A DNA stretch of 32,000 nucleotides from Rhodobacter capsulatus SB 1003 (GCF_000021865.1 NC_014034.1:2880001-2912000), one strand, 5' to 3'; positions 9,639 through 18,350 are shown, numbered from the stretch's first letter. The notes: generated from the sequence alone by a model not told the origin. Numbers and translations: made by a program.

Positions 9639-10628
9639 ATGAAAACTGCTCTGATGCTGGCGGGTTGCGTGCTTGCCGCAACCCCTGTTCTGGCCGGGGA
9701 CAAACCCGTCCTCACCGTCTATGCGCCCGATTACTTCACCAGTGAATGGGGCCCCGGCCCGGCGATCGAAAAGGGTTTCGAGGCGGACTGCGGCTGCGAT
9801 CTGCAATTCGTCGCGGGCGATGTGCTGCCGCGGCTGATGCTGGAAGGCGCGAAGACCGAGGCCGATGTGGCGATCGGGCTGAACACCGACATCACCGCCC
9901 GCGCCCGGGCGACCGGGCTTTTCGCGCCCCATCATCAGGATCTGTCGCGGCTGAGCCTGCCGATTGCCTGGGCGGATGACACCTTCCTGCCCTTTGACTG
10001 GTCCGAGGTCGCCTTTGTCTATGACAAGACGAAACTGACCGCCCCGCCGCAATCCTTTGCCGCGCTTCTCGACGCCCCCGACGACGCCTTCAAGATCGCC
10101 CTCGAAGACCCGCGCTCGTCCACCGCCGGGCTCGCGCTGCTTCTGTGGGTCAAGCACATCTATGGCGACAAGGCGGGCGAGGCCTGGGCGAAGCTTGCGC
10201 CCAAGGTGCTGACCGTGACGCCGGATTGGTCCGAGGCTTACGGGCTTTTCACCGAGGGCGAGGCCGACATGGTCCTGTCCTTCACCACCTCGCCCGCCTA
10301 TCACCGCATCGCCGAACAGGATGACAGCAAGGCGGCGGCGATCTTCCCCGAGGGGCATTATTTCTACACCGAACTGGCGGCGCAGCTGAAGACCTCGGAC
10401 CAGCCGGAGCTGGCGCAGAAATTCATGGATTACATCCTCTCGGACGGGTTTCAGGGCATGATCGCCACGGCGAACTGGTCCTATCCGGTGATCGAGAAAC
10501 CCGGCTTCCTGCCCGAGGGGTTCGCCACCCTGCCCCGCCCCGCCAAGACCTTCTTTTACACCGAAACCGAGGCCGAGGCCCTGCGCGGCCCGGCGCTGGA
10601 AGAATGGCGCGCGAATTTCGGCAAATGA
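9639..10628 (+). CDS. thiB: Thiamine ABC transporter periplasmic substrate-binding protein
   Basis: ORF 9531..10628 trimmed to the ATG at 9639 (MKTALMLAGCVLAATPVLAG, a signal peptide), preceded by the SD GGAGAG. It sits downstream of the TPP riboswitch and upstream of the permease and ATPase genes. The upstream part of the ORF is the riboswitch. Confidence 0.85.
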   Translation: MKTALMLAGCVLAATPVLAGDKPVLTVYAPDYFTSEWGPGPAIEKGFEADCGCDLQFVAGDVLPRLMLEGAKTEADVAIGLNTDITARARATGLFAPHHQDLSRLSLPIAWADDTFLPFDWSEVAFVYDKTKLTAPPQSFAALLDAPDDAFKIALEDPRSSTAGLALLLWVKHIYGDKAGEAWAKLAPKVLTVTPDWSEAYGLFTEGEADMVLSFTTSPAYHRIAEQDDSKAAAIFPEGHYFYTELAAQLKTSDQPELAQKFMDYILSDGFQGMIATANWSYPVIEKPGFLPEGFATLPRPAKTFFYTETEAEALRGPALEEWRANFGK

Positions 10629-12148
10629 TCCCGGCGGCATCGGCGGCGGTCCTGGTGGCCGCGCTGGTGCTGGCCCCCCTCGGCGCGGTGATGATCCGCG
10701 CCGGGGGGCTTTCGGCGCTGAGCGCCGCCGATCTTGCGGCCCTGCGCTTCACGCTCTGGCAGGCCGCGCTCTCGGCGCTTTTCTCCTGCCTGCTGGCGAT
10801 CCCGCTCGCCCGGGCGCTGCACCGGCGCCGCTTTCCCGGCCGCGGCCTGTTCATCGCCGCGCTTGGGGCGCCGTTCCTGTTGCCCACCCTTGTCGCGGTG
10901 ATGGGGCTTCTCGCCATCTTCGGCCGTCGCGGGCTGCTCAATGGCGCTCTGGACGCGCTGAACCTGCCCGGCGTGTCGATCTATGGGCCCTGGGGGGTGG
11001 TGCTGGGCCATCTGTTCCTGAACCTGCCCCTGGCAACGCGGATGCTGCTGCAGGGCTGGCAGGCGATCCCGGCCGAGCGGGTGCGGCTGGCGCTGTCGCT
11101 GGGTCTTGGCCCGGCGGACATCGCAAGGCATCTGGAGGCGCGGATGCTGCGCGCCGTCCTGCCCGGGGCCTTTCTGGCGATTTTCCTTGTGTGCCTCTCG
11201 TCCTTCGCCGTCGCGCTGACGCTGGGCGGCGGTCCCCGCGCCTCGACGCTCGAGGTGGCGATCTATCAGGCCTTCCGCTTTGACGCCGATCCGGGCCGGG
11301 CCGCGGCGCTTGCGGTGCTGCAGGTCGCGCTGGCGCTGGCGGCGCTGGGCATCGCCGCGCGGCTGACCCTGCCGCCCGGCTTTGGCGCGGGGCTCGACCG
11401 GGTCTTGCCGGTGCCCCTGGCGCCGGGGCTGCCGCATCGGATCGGGGATGCGCTGATCCTGAGTGCCGCCGCAGCCTTCCTGCTCTCGCCTCTGGCAGCC
11501 ATCGCGCTGCGCGGCCTGCCCGCGCTGGCCGATCTGCCCGCACAGGTCTGGCAGGCGGCTTTCACCTCGGTCTGGCTGGCGCTCGGCGCCGCGGCGCTGA
11601 CGATGGTGCTGGCGCTGCCGCTGGCTTTGGCCGCGCCGCGCCACATCTGGGCCGAGCCCGCGGCGATGCTGCCGATGGCGGCCTCCTCGCTCGTCCTTGG
11701 CACCGGGCTGTTCCTGATCGCCCAGCCCTTCGTCGCGCCGACCGCGCTGGCCCTGCCGGTGACGCTTTTGACCAATGCCGCGCTCAGCCTGCCCTTTGCG
11801 CTGCGCCTGCTTCTGCCCGAGGTCCGCGCGCTGCAGGCCGATTACGACCGGCTGGCCGACAGCCTGAACCTGCGCGGCCTGGCCCGGCTGCGGTTCCTCA
11901 CCCTGCCCCGGCTGGCCCGGCCGACGGGCTTTGCCGCGGGGATTGCCGCGGCCTTTTCGATGGGCGATCTGGGCGCCATCTCGCTGTTTTCCGATGGCCG
12001 CAGCCAGACCCTGCCGCTTGCCGTCTATCAGCTGATGGGCAGCTATCGCATGGATCAGGCCGCGGGCGCGGCTTGCCTTTTGATGGCGCTGACCTTTGCC
12101 CTTTATGCCGCCTGTGACCGGATCGGAGCCCATGCTGACCCTCGATAA
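10625..12148 (+). CDS. thiP: Thiamine ABC transporter permease
   Basis: About 507 aa and highly hydrophobic, consistent with a duplicated ABC-permease protein. Its ATG at 10625 overlaps the thiB stop (ATGA). An alternative upstream ATG lies at 10604. Confidence 0.8.
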   Translation: MIPAASAAVLVAALVLAPLGAVMIRAGGLSALSAADLAALRFTLWQAALSALFSCLLAIPLARALHRRRFPGRGLFIAALGAPFLLPTLVAVMGLLAIFGRRGLLNGALDALNLPGVSIYGPWGVVLGHLFLNLPLATRMLLQGWQAIPAERVRLALSLGLGPADIARHLEARMLRAVLPGAFLAIFLVCLSSFAVALTLGGGPRASTLEVAIYQAFRFDADPGRAAALAVLQVALALAALGIAARLTLPPGFGAGLDRVLPVPLAPGLPHRIGDALILSAAAAFLLSPLAAIALRGLPALADLPAQVWQAAFTSVWLALGAAALTMVLALPLALAAPRHIWAEPAAMLPMAASSLVLGTGLFLIAQPFVAPTALALPVTLLTNAALSLPFALRLLLPEVRALQADYDRLADSLNLRGLARLRFLTLPRLARPTGFAAGIAAAFSMGDLGAISLFSDGRSQTLPLAVYQLMGSYRMDQAAGAACLLMALTFALYAACDRIGAHADPR

Positions 12149-12827
12149 CCTCCTGATCGAACAGGATGATTTCCGCCTGAGCGCGGATTTCGCCATCCCC
12201 CCGGCCGCGCGGGTGGCGCTTTTGGGCCCCTCGGGCGCGGGGAAATCGACGCTGCTTGCGACGCTGGCGGGGTTTCTGGCGCCCGGCCGTGGCCGGATCC
12301 TGTGGCGCGGCGCCGACATCACCGGTCTGGCGCCGGGGGCGCGGCCGCTCTCGATCCTGTTTCAGGACCAGAACCTGTTTCCGCATCTGAACGTGGCGCA
12401 GAACCTCGGGCTTGGCCTGTCGCCAAAGCTGCGGCTGGCCCGTGCCGATCACGCGCAGATCGCGGCGGCGCTCGACCGGGTCGGGCTTTCGGGGCTGGGG
12501 GATCGGCGGCCCGCGACGCTTTCGGGCGGGCAGCAAAGCCGGGTGGCGCTGGCGCGCTGTCTGTTGCGGGCGAAACCGCTTCTGCTTCTGGACGAGCCCT
12601 TTGCCGCGCTGGGCCCCGCGCTCAAATCCGACATGCTGGCGCTGGTGGCCGAGATCGCCGCGGACCAGCACGCCACCGTGCTGATGGTCAGCCACGAGCC
12701 CGCCGATGCCGTCGCGCTTTGCCCGCAAACCGTGCTGGTGGCCGAGGGCGTCGCCCATCCGCCCGCCGCCACCGCGGGCCTTCTGGCTGATCCGCCGCCC
12801 GCCCTTGCCGCCTATCTGGGCAAATGA
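12132..12827 (+). CDS. thiQ: Thiamine ABC transporter ATP-binding protein
   Basis: Contains Walker A GPSGAGKST, the ABC signature LSGGQQSRVALAR and Walker B LLLLDEPF. The start is taken as the ATG at 12132 (MLTLDNLLI), which overlaps the end of thiP. Confidence 0.88.
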   Translation: MLTLDNLLIEQDDFRLSADFAIPPAARVALLGPSGAGKSTLLATLAGFLAPGRGRILWRGADITGLAPGARPLSILFQDQNLFPHLNVAQNLGLGLSPKLRLARADHAQIAAALDRVGLSGLGDRRPATLSGGQQSRVALARCLLRAKPLLLLDEPFAALGPALKSDMLALVAEIAADQHATVLMVSHEPADAVALCPQTVLVAEGVAHPPAATAGLLADPPPALAAYLGK

Positions 12828-12932
12828 TCGAAAAAGCCGCCCAATCACTGCAACTTGGGTTCTCAACCGTCTTTCCGGCCTGTATAGAAAGGGCGATTTC
12901 GCGGCCTTGCCGCATCTGCCGGATGGAAGACC

Positions 12933-13274
12933 ATGCTCACCAAATATGCCCTTCTTGCCCTTGCCGCGCTGAGCCTGACCGCCTGCGGCCCTTCGCCTGA
13001 AGAAGAAGCCGCCGCCGAGCCCGCGCCGACCCCGCACATGACGCAGCCGGTGTTCCAGACCGGCGTGCTGGAAAACCGCTCGCCCGACACCTGCCACGCG
13101 GCGCAATATGCCTCGGCGCTGGGGCAGCCCGCGGCGATCATCCCGACGCTGGGCATCACCGATCCGGTCAACGTGATCGAATGGCGGGGCATCGAGCCGC
13201 AGGAATACAATTCGCACCGCGTGGTGTTCCGCCTTGATCCGAAAGGCAACATCTTCAACATCGACTGCGGTTGA
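12933..13274 (+). CDS. Small lipoprotein, peptidase-inhibitor I78-like
   Basis: Signal peptide with lipobox (ALAALSLTAC). A C-terminal module has a Cys near its start (DTCHAAQYASALGQ) and ends in ...RLDPKGNIFNIDCG. This resembles the bacterial I78 family pattern. Confidence 0.6.
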   Translation: MLTKYALLALAALSLTACGPSPEEEAAAEPAPTPHMTQPVFQTGVLENRSPDTCHAAQYASALGQPAAIIPTLGITDPVNVIEWRGIEPQEYNSHRVVFRLDPKGNIFNIDCG

Positions 13275-13278
13275 GCCG

Positions 13279-13599
13279 ATGCGGGCGAAAGCTCTTGCCC
13301 GGCTGGCGGTCGGTCTGACGCTGGTCAGCCTGTCCTCGGGCTGTTTTCTGGTCGTGCCGGTGCCGCTGGGCACTGCCGTCGTGCCGCCCGCCACCGCGCC
13401 TTCCGGGCCCGACAACTGCGGCGCGGCCGGGCTGAAGGATCTGATCGGGCAGCCGAAATCCGCGCTGGACGGGCGCGATCTGGCGGCCGGGACCCGGGTC
13501 CTGCATCCCGGTCAGCCGGTGACGATGGAGTACAGCGCGACGCGGCTGAACATCCTGATCAACCGCAAGGGGCGGATTTCCAGCCTGAATTGCGGCTGA
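13279..13599 (+). CDS. Small lipoprotein, peptidase-inhibitor I78 family-like
   Basis: ORF trimmed to the ATG at 13279 (MRAKALARLAVGLTLVSLSSGC, lipobox). The sequence CGAAGLKDLIGQ...RVLHPGQPVTMEYSATRLNILINRKGRISSLNCG matches my recollection of the I78 family consensus. It is a tandem paralogue of the preceding gene. Confidence 0.65.
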   Translation: MRAKALARLAVGLTLVSLSSGCFLVVPVPLGTAVVPPATAPSGPDNCGAAGLKDLIGQPKSALDGRDLAAGTRVLHPGQPVTMEYSATRLNILINRKGRISSLNCG

Positions 13600-13613
13600 G
13601 CGGGCCGGGATCG

Positions 13614-13645
13614 CAAAAGCAAAGGGGGCCGCGGCCCCCTTTTTC
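13614..13645. terminator. Bidirectional intrinsic terminator between convergent genes
   Basis: Self-complementary GGGGGCCGCGGCCCCC (13624-13639) is flanked by an A-rich run upstream and TTTTT downstream. It lies between the end of the I78 gene (13599) and the stop of the cytochrome gene (13644). Confidence 0.7.
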
Positions 13646-14102
13646 ATTGCAGCTTGAAGCGGCCGTGGCAGTCCTTGCAGGCCGCCTGCACCGGCGCCAG
13701 CGTGTCCGCCAGCGCCCCGGGCTCCGACCCGTCCAGCGCCGCCGCGGTCTTCACCAGCTTCGCCGTCTTTTGCCGGAATTCCGACGGCGCGGCCCAGATC
13801 TCGGGCAGCGCCTGCGAGGCCGGATCCTCGGCGCGGCTGCGGAACGCCGGGGCCAGTTCCCCGGCCCCCGCCTGCAGCGCCGCGATCGCCGCCGCGACCC
13901 TGTCGGCCGCGAAGGGCTGCGCCCCCGAAGCGGCCTCGGTCAACAGTTTCATCTGCGCCTTGTAGCCCTGCATCAGCTCGACCCGGGCCCTGACCTCCGG
14001 GTTGCTGACGCCCTCGGCGGCATAGACGATGCCCCCGACAAGAGCCAAGGCGACGGTCAGGCCAAGATGAATGGCCACATACAGTCGTCGTTTCAATTGC
14101 AT
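13644..14102 (-). CDS. Class II cytochrome c (cytochrome c-prime / c556 family)
   Basis: The single heme-binding CKDCH motif lies almost at the C-terminus (...VQAACKDCHGRFKLQ), and the body looks like a helical bundle with a signal-like N-terminus. The start is set at the ATG at 14102, preceded by AGGGAG with a 6-nt spacer. The longer ORF extends to 14171. Confidence 0.75.
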   Translation of the reverse strand: MQLKRRLYVAIHLGLTVALALVGGIVYAAEGVSNPEVRARVELMQGYKAQMKLLTEAASGAQPFAADRVAAAIAALQAGAGELAPAFRSRAEDPASQALPEIWAAPSEFRQKTAKLVKTAAALDGSEPGALADTLAPVQAACKDCHGRFKLQ

Positions 14103-14442
14103 GAAGTTCTCCCTCTTCATGCCTCCACATGAGAGCGGAAGGGGGCACATGGCAAGCGCCGCGCTGATCACGAAAAGGAAAGCCCCGCCCGGGTTGGGGC
14201 GGGGCTCTCGGTGCGAAAGAGCGCCCCGGCGAACGAACTGGGTGGGGGCTGTTGACCGCCCGCCGGGGCTTCAGCGTTTTCCGCTGCCGTCAACTTTGCG
14301 GGCCAATCGCGGCGCAATCGCGCTGGTCAAAGGGCATTTTGCGGGCCTTTTCGCGGCAGGATCCGGGCAGGATGAATCGCGCGAAAGCCCTTTCAAACAA
14401 GGGCGGATTGATTTTTCGCCGCAGGAATGCCACGCTTTCGAC

Positions 14443-14790
14443 ATGACGCTTCAGCCGCCCACGCCCTTCCCCGGACCCGCCCCTGCGCCCGCGCAGGTGA
14501 CCTTTGATCGGCGCGAACTTGGGGCCATCCTGGCGGTCTACGGACGCATGGTCGCGATGGCCGAGGCGCGGGATTACGCGCTCAGTTTCGGGCGCGAGGC
14601 GGCGGTCTTTGCGATCTTACGCCGCACCATGGAAAGCCCGCTCTACCGCCTGGAAAAGCGGCCGGCGCTGCGCAACCGGCAGGGGATCTATGCGCTGATC
14701 GGCGCCGAGGGGCAGGTTTTGAAGCGCGGCCATGAATTGGCGCCGCTTTTGCGGGTGATCGAGCGCAAGCTGATCCGCGCGGTGGAATAG
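14443..14790 (+). CDS. DUF2794-like small conserved protein
   Basis: ORF trimmed to the ATG at 14443 (MTLQPPTPFPG...VTFDRRELGAILAVYGRMVAMAEARDYALSF...LYRLEKRPALRNRQGIYALIG). This matches my recollection of the alphaproteobacterial DUF2794 family. The function call is from memory only. Confidence 0.55.
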   Translation: MTLQPPTPFPGPAPAPAQVTFDRRELGAILAVYGRMVAMAEARDYALSFGREAAVFAILRRTMESPLYRLEKRPALRNRQGIYALIGAEGQVLKRGHELAPLLRVIERKLIRAVE

Positions 14791-14811
14791 GCGGCGAATC
14801 ACCCGCCGCCG

Positions 14812-15639
14812 TCAGAATGGCCGCTTGCGCCCGAAGTAACGGCTGCCCTCGGTGGCGGCGATGCGGGCCAGACAGGCCCCGATCGGCTCGCGGCTGACCT
14901 GCATCGCATGGCCGTTGGCGTGCAAAAGCGTGCTGTCATCGAGCGCGATCGCCACATGCCCGGACCAGAAGAACAGATCCCCCCGTTCGGTCAGCGCGGC
15001 TTCGGGCAGGAAATCGCCAAACGCGGCGCGTTGCTGGTCGCTATCGGCGGGGCAGGCGCGGCCCGCCAGGGTGAAGGCCAGCTGCACCAGGCCCGAACAA
15101 TCGATGCCCGCGGCGGAATTGCCGCCCCAAAGATAGGGCGTGCCGAGAAGCCGTTCCGCCACCGCGACCGGATCTGGCTCGGGCTCGCTCAGCGGGCGCA
15201 GGTGGCTGGCGGGGATGAAACCATCGGCCGTGCGGGCCAAAGCGCCGTCTTGCCCCAAGACCGCGACGCGGGCGCCAAGGCTGAGCGCACCGATCTCGCC
15301 GCGCTTGATCGAGGGCGCGCGATACAGATGCGTGCCGCGGCTGGCGACGACATGGGTGGCGGGCACCGGCGCGGCCAGCGCGGCCTCGGGCAGCCAGCCG
15401 CAGGCGCCATCCAGCGCCGCCTGCGCAAAGGCGAAACCGTCGCGGCGGTCGATCACCGTGACGGCGGCGCCGTGCAGCCATTGCCGTTCGCGCGGGCCCC
15501 CGGGATCCGGCGCCAGATCCGCCAGCATCGCGCCGATCCGCGCCGGTTCGCCCGCACTGAAGGCCGGGGCGTCGATCTGACCGCGCAAGGACACGTGCGC
15601 GACCCGGCCCGAAAACGGCAGCAGACGGCGGTCGGTCAC
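14812..15639 (-). CDS. NlpC/P60 (C40) family peptidase with N-terminal SH3-like region
   Basis: The C-terminal domain has YLWGGNSAAGIDCSGLV (catalytic Cys) and FWSGHVAIAL (His). The GTG start at 15639 overlaps the stop of the upstream aminopeptidase (GTGA). Confidence 0.8.
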   Translation of the reverse strand: MTDRRLLPFSGRVAHVSLRGQIDAPAFSAGEPARIGAMLADLAPDPGGPRERQWLHGAAVTVIDRRDGFAFAQAALDGACGWLPEAALAAPVPATHVVASRGTHLYRAPSIKRGEIGALSLGARVAVLGQDGALARTADGFIPASHLRPLSEPEPDPVAVAERLLGTPYLWGGNSAAGIDCSGLVQLAFTLAGRACPADSDQQRAAFGDFLPEAALTERGDLFFWSGHVAIALDDSTLLHANGHAMQVSREPIGACLARIAATEGSRYFGRKRPF

Positions 15640-17039
15640 AGCCCCAGCACCTCGGAGAGCGCGCCCAGAACGGCGCGGCCGCCCTGCCCCAGCCCGCCCT
15701 TGCTCCGGCCCGGCGCGGCCGTCGGTTGCCAGGCGTAAAGGTCGAAATGCACGAAACGCTCGGTCTCGGTGACGAAGCGGCGCAGGAACAGCGCGGCGGT
15801 GATCGAGCCCGCCATGCTGCCCGCGGGGCAGTTGTCGAGATCGGCCAGGCTCGGCTCGATCAGCGGCTCGTAAGGCGCCCAGAACGGCATCCGCCAGAGC
15901 GGATCGCCATTGCGGGTGCCCGAGGCCGTCAGCGCCGCCGCCAGATCGTCGTCATCGGTATAAAAGGGCGGCAGATCGGCGCCCAGCGCCACCCGCGCCG
16001 CGCCGGTCAGCGTCGCCATGCACAGGATCAGATCGGGCGCCTCCTCGTCGGCGGCGGCCAGCGCATCGGCGAGGATCAGACGCCCTTCGGCATCGGTGTC
16101 ATTGACCTCGACCGTCAGCCCCTTGCGCGAGGTGTAGATGTCGCCCGGCCGCATCGCATTGCCCGCCACTGCATTTTCGACCGCGGGGATCAGCAGACGC
16201 AGCTTCAGCGGCAGGTTCAGCGCCATGATCATATGCGCAAGCGCGAGCTGGTTCGCCGCCCCGCCCATGTCCTTTTTCATCAAGGCCATATAGGCCCCGG
16301 TCTTCAGGTTCAGCCCGCCGGTGTCGAAACAGACGCCCTTGCCGACCAGCGCCAGATCGGGGCCATCCGTGCCCCAGCGCAGCTCGATCAGCCGCGGCGC
16401 CCGGGCGCTGGCGCGGCCGACGGCATGAATGAGCGGATAGCCCTGCGCCAGCAGATCCTCGCCGGTGATCACCGCGACCTTTGCGCCATGCCGCGCGGCA
16501 AGGTCGCGGACGGCGGCTTCCAGCTCATCCGGCCCCAGATCATTGGCGGGGGTGTTGATCAGATCGCGGGCCAGAGCCTCGGCCTCGGCCATGATTTCCA
16601 GCCGCGCGGCATCAAGCCCCGCAGGCGCCACCAGCCGCGCCTCGGGCACGGATTGCGTGCCGTAACGGTCGTAGCGATAGGCTTCAAGGAGCCAGCCCAA
16701 AGCCTCGGATTTTTGCACCTCGGCCGGAAGCGGGCTGGCCAGAGCCCAGGCCCCGGCGGGCAGTTTTGCCGCTGCCGCCGCCAGCTGGAACCGCGCCCGC
16801 GCCCGTTTGCGCGCCTCGCCGTAGCCGAACAGCGCCGCGACAATCGCCCCGGTCTCGTCGGGCAGCAGGCACAGGCTGCCCAGCGCGCCGGTGAAGCCCT
16901 GCGCCGCGGCAAAGGCCCGTTGCGCCGGGCTCAGCGTCGCGGGCAGATCGGCCCCCGTCTCGACCAGATGCAGCGGACGCGCCGCGGCATCGGCGGGCGC
17001 AAAGCGCATCTCGGGACGGAAACGGAAAAGATCGGACAT
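15636..17039 (-). CDS. M17 family leucyl aminopeptidase paralogue
   Basis: 467 aa with VGKGVCFDTGGLNLK and VNDTDAEGRLILAD motifs. This is a second M17 enzyme in the window, distinct from pepA. Confidence 0.85.
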   Translation of the reverse strand: MSDLFRFRPEMRFAPADAAARPLHLVETGADLPATLSPAQRAFAAAQGFTGALGSLCLLPDETGAIVAALFGYGEARKRARARFQLAAAAAKLPAGAWALASPLPAEVQKSEALGWLLEAYRYDRYGTQSVPEARLVAPAGLDAARLEIMAEAEALARDLINTPANDLGPDELEAAVRDLAARHGAKVAVITGEDLLAQGYPLIHAVGRASARAPRLIELRWGTDGPDLALVGKGVCFDTGGLNLKTGAYMALMKKDMGGAANQLALAHMIMALNLPLKLRLLIPAVENAVAGNAMRPGDIYTSRKGLTVEVNDTDAEGRLILADALAAADEEAPDLILCMATLTGAARVALGADLPPFYTDDDDLAAALTASGTRNGDPLWRMPFWAPYEPLIEPSLADLDNCPAGSMAGSITAALFLRRFVTETERFVHFDLYAWQPTAAPGRSKGGLGQGGRAVLGALSEVLGL

Positions 17040-17128
17040 GCTCGGGCCTCCTGCGACTGTCGCGCCAGCCTAGCGCGGCGATCGGCGCCCGCAAGCCCCG
17101 TTCGCCGCCCGCAGCCGCCCGCAGCCGG

Positions 17129-17563
17129 TCAGAGCTGCATGTCCTGATAATCCCAGACCGCCGTCAGCGAGCGTTCGGCCAGCCGCACCAGCCGCGCCAG
17201 AACCGAGGCCTGCGCCACCGCATCGCCCCGCGTGACACAATCGCGCAGATCCTGCGCCACCCGGGCCAGAAGCACCATGCCGACCTGCCGCGCCAGCCGC
17301 GCGATCTCGGCCGCGCCATGGTCAAGCACCTCGCTCCGCCGCTCCTGGGCCGCGAGCTGCACCGCCACCAGATGCACCGCCAGATCCTCCATCGCGGCGG
17401 CAATCAGCCGTTCTGCCGCGAATTGCCCCAACTCGGCATACAGAACCACAAGCCTGTCAGGATCAAGCCGCACCGGCTCGTCCATCCGCAAATTCTCGAT
17501 CGCGCTCACCCCAGCCTCCGTCTGCGTCTTGGTATTCCCAGCCCCCACGGCCTGCCCCACCAT
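17129..17563 (-). CDS. Hypothetical protein (all-helical, no recognised motif)
   Basis: Open frame with high third-position GC. The start is uncertain: TTG at 17572, ATG at 17563, or GTG at about 17509 preceded by GGAGG. I recognise no family. Confidence 0.4.
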   Translation of the reverse strand: MVGQAVGAGNTKTQTEAGVSAIENLRMDEPVRLDPDRLVVLYAELGQFAAERLIAAAMEDLAVHLVAVQLAAQERRSEVLDHGAAEIARLARQVGMVLLARVAQDLRDCVTRGDAVAQASVLARLVRLAERSLTAVWDYQDMQL

Positions 17564-17651
17564 GGCGCGCAAGTTTCAAGAAAAGGTTGAGGCGCGGCGA
17601 AAAAGCCCTCGCATTCAAGCGGGTTGACGCCTATCTGATCTGGAACTTGCG

Positions 17652-18314
17652 ATGGGGATGACAATGAAAGAGCACGTGCGGCCCTTGCCCTCCTACCTGA
17701 CCAACCGCTACCACGGCTGGCGCGCCACCACTTATACGGAAAACCGCCCCTGGTATCGCCGTCTGGCCGATGCCGGTCAGCACCCGCGGGCGATGGTGAT
17801 TTCCTGCTGCGACAGTCGGGTGCATGTCACCTCGATCTTCGGCGCGGACGAGGGCGAATTCTTCATTCACCGCAACATCGCCAACCTGGTGCCGCCCTAC
17901 AATCCCGACGGCGATCACCACGGCACCTCGGCCGCGATCGAATATGCGGTGCGCAATCTGAAGGTGGCGCATGTGATCGTGCTCGGCCATTCGCAATGCG
18001 GCGGCGTCGCGGGCTGTCATGCCATGTGTTCGGGCCATGCGCCGGAGCTGGACGAGAAGACGTCGTTCGTCGGCACCTGGCTTGATCTGCTGCGGCCCGG
18101 TTTCGAGCGCGTCAAGGACAAGCCCGAGACCGAGCGGGTCACCGCGCTGGAACGCGAAGCGGTGGTGATCAGCCTGGAAAACCTGCTGACCTTCCCCTTC
18201 GTGCGCGCCGCGGTCGAGGCGGGCGACATGAGCCTGCACGGGCTTTGGAACGACATCGGCGAGGGGATGCTCTGGCAGTTCAACCCGGAGAGCAAAATTT
18301 TCGAGCCGATCTGA
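17652..18314 (+). CDS. Beta-class carbonic anhydrase
   Basis: Zinc-ligand motifs CCDSR and GHSQCGG are present, and the size is typical of a beta-CA. The start may be the ATG at 17664, which has GGGGA 5 nt upstream. Confidence 0.88.
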   Translation: MGMTMKEHVRPLPSYLTNRYHGWRATTYTENRPWYRRLADAGQHPRAMVISCCDSRVHVTSIFGADEGEFFIHRNIANLVPPYNPDGDHHGTSAAIEYAVRNLKVAHVIVLGHSQCGGVAGCHAMCSGHAPELDEKTSFVGTWLDLLRPGFERVKDKPETERVTALEREAVVISLENLLTFPFVRAAVEAGDMSLHGLWNDIGEGMLWQFNPESKIFEPI

Positions 18315-18350
18315 ATCAACCTTAATTCGATTCACCTCGTATTAAGGTCG

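Noticed and set aside
7434-13415. Minus-strand ORFs 7434..9452, 9519..10640, 10556..12322 and 11898..13415
   Set aside because: They are antisense to pepA-holC and thiBPQ, which have unambiguous motifs. They show the same Arg/Gly/Pro/Gln bias.
14103-14442. A canonical FNR/NnrR box (TTGAT-N4-ATCAA or TTGCG-N4-CGCAA) upstream of the cytochrome gene
   Set aside because: Only half-site-like fragments (TTGCG, TTGAT) are present, without a properly spaced partner. I kept the repeated-motif observation but assign no regulator.
17104-17123. Tandem direct repeat GCCGCCCGCA x2
   Set aside because: It has only two copies, consists of GC-rich simple sequence and has no spacers. It is not a CRISPR array or a meaningful repeat family.
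15726-17147. 473-aa plus-strand ORF opposite the second aminopeptidase
   Set aside because: It is an antisense shadow ORF of low complexity, and the minus-strand M17 motifs are decisive.
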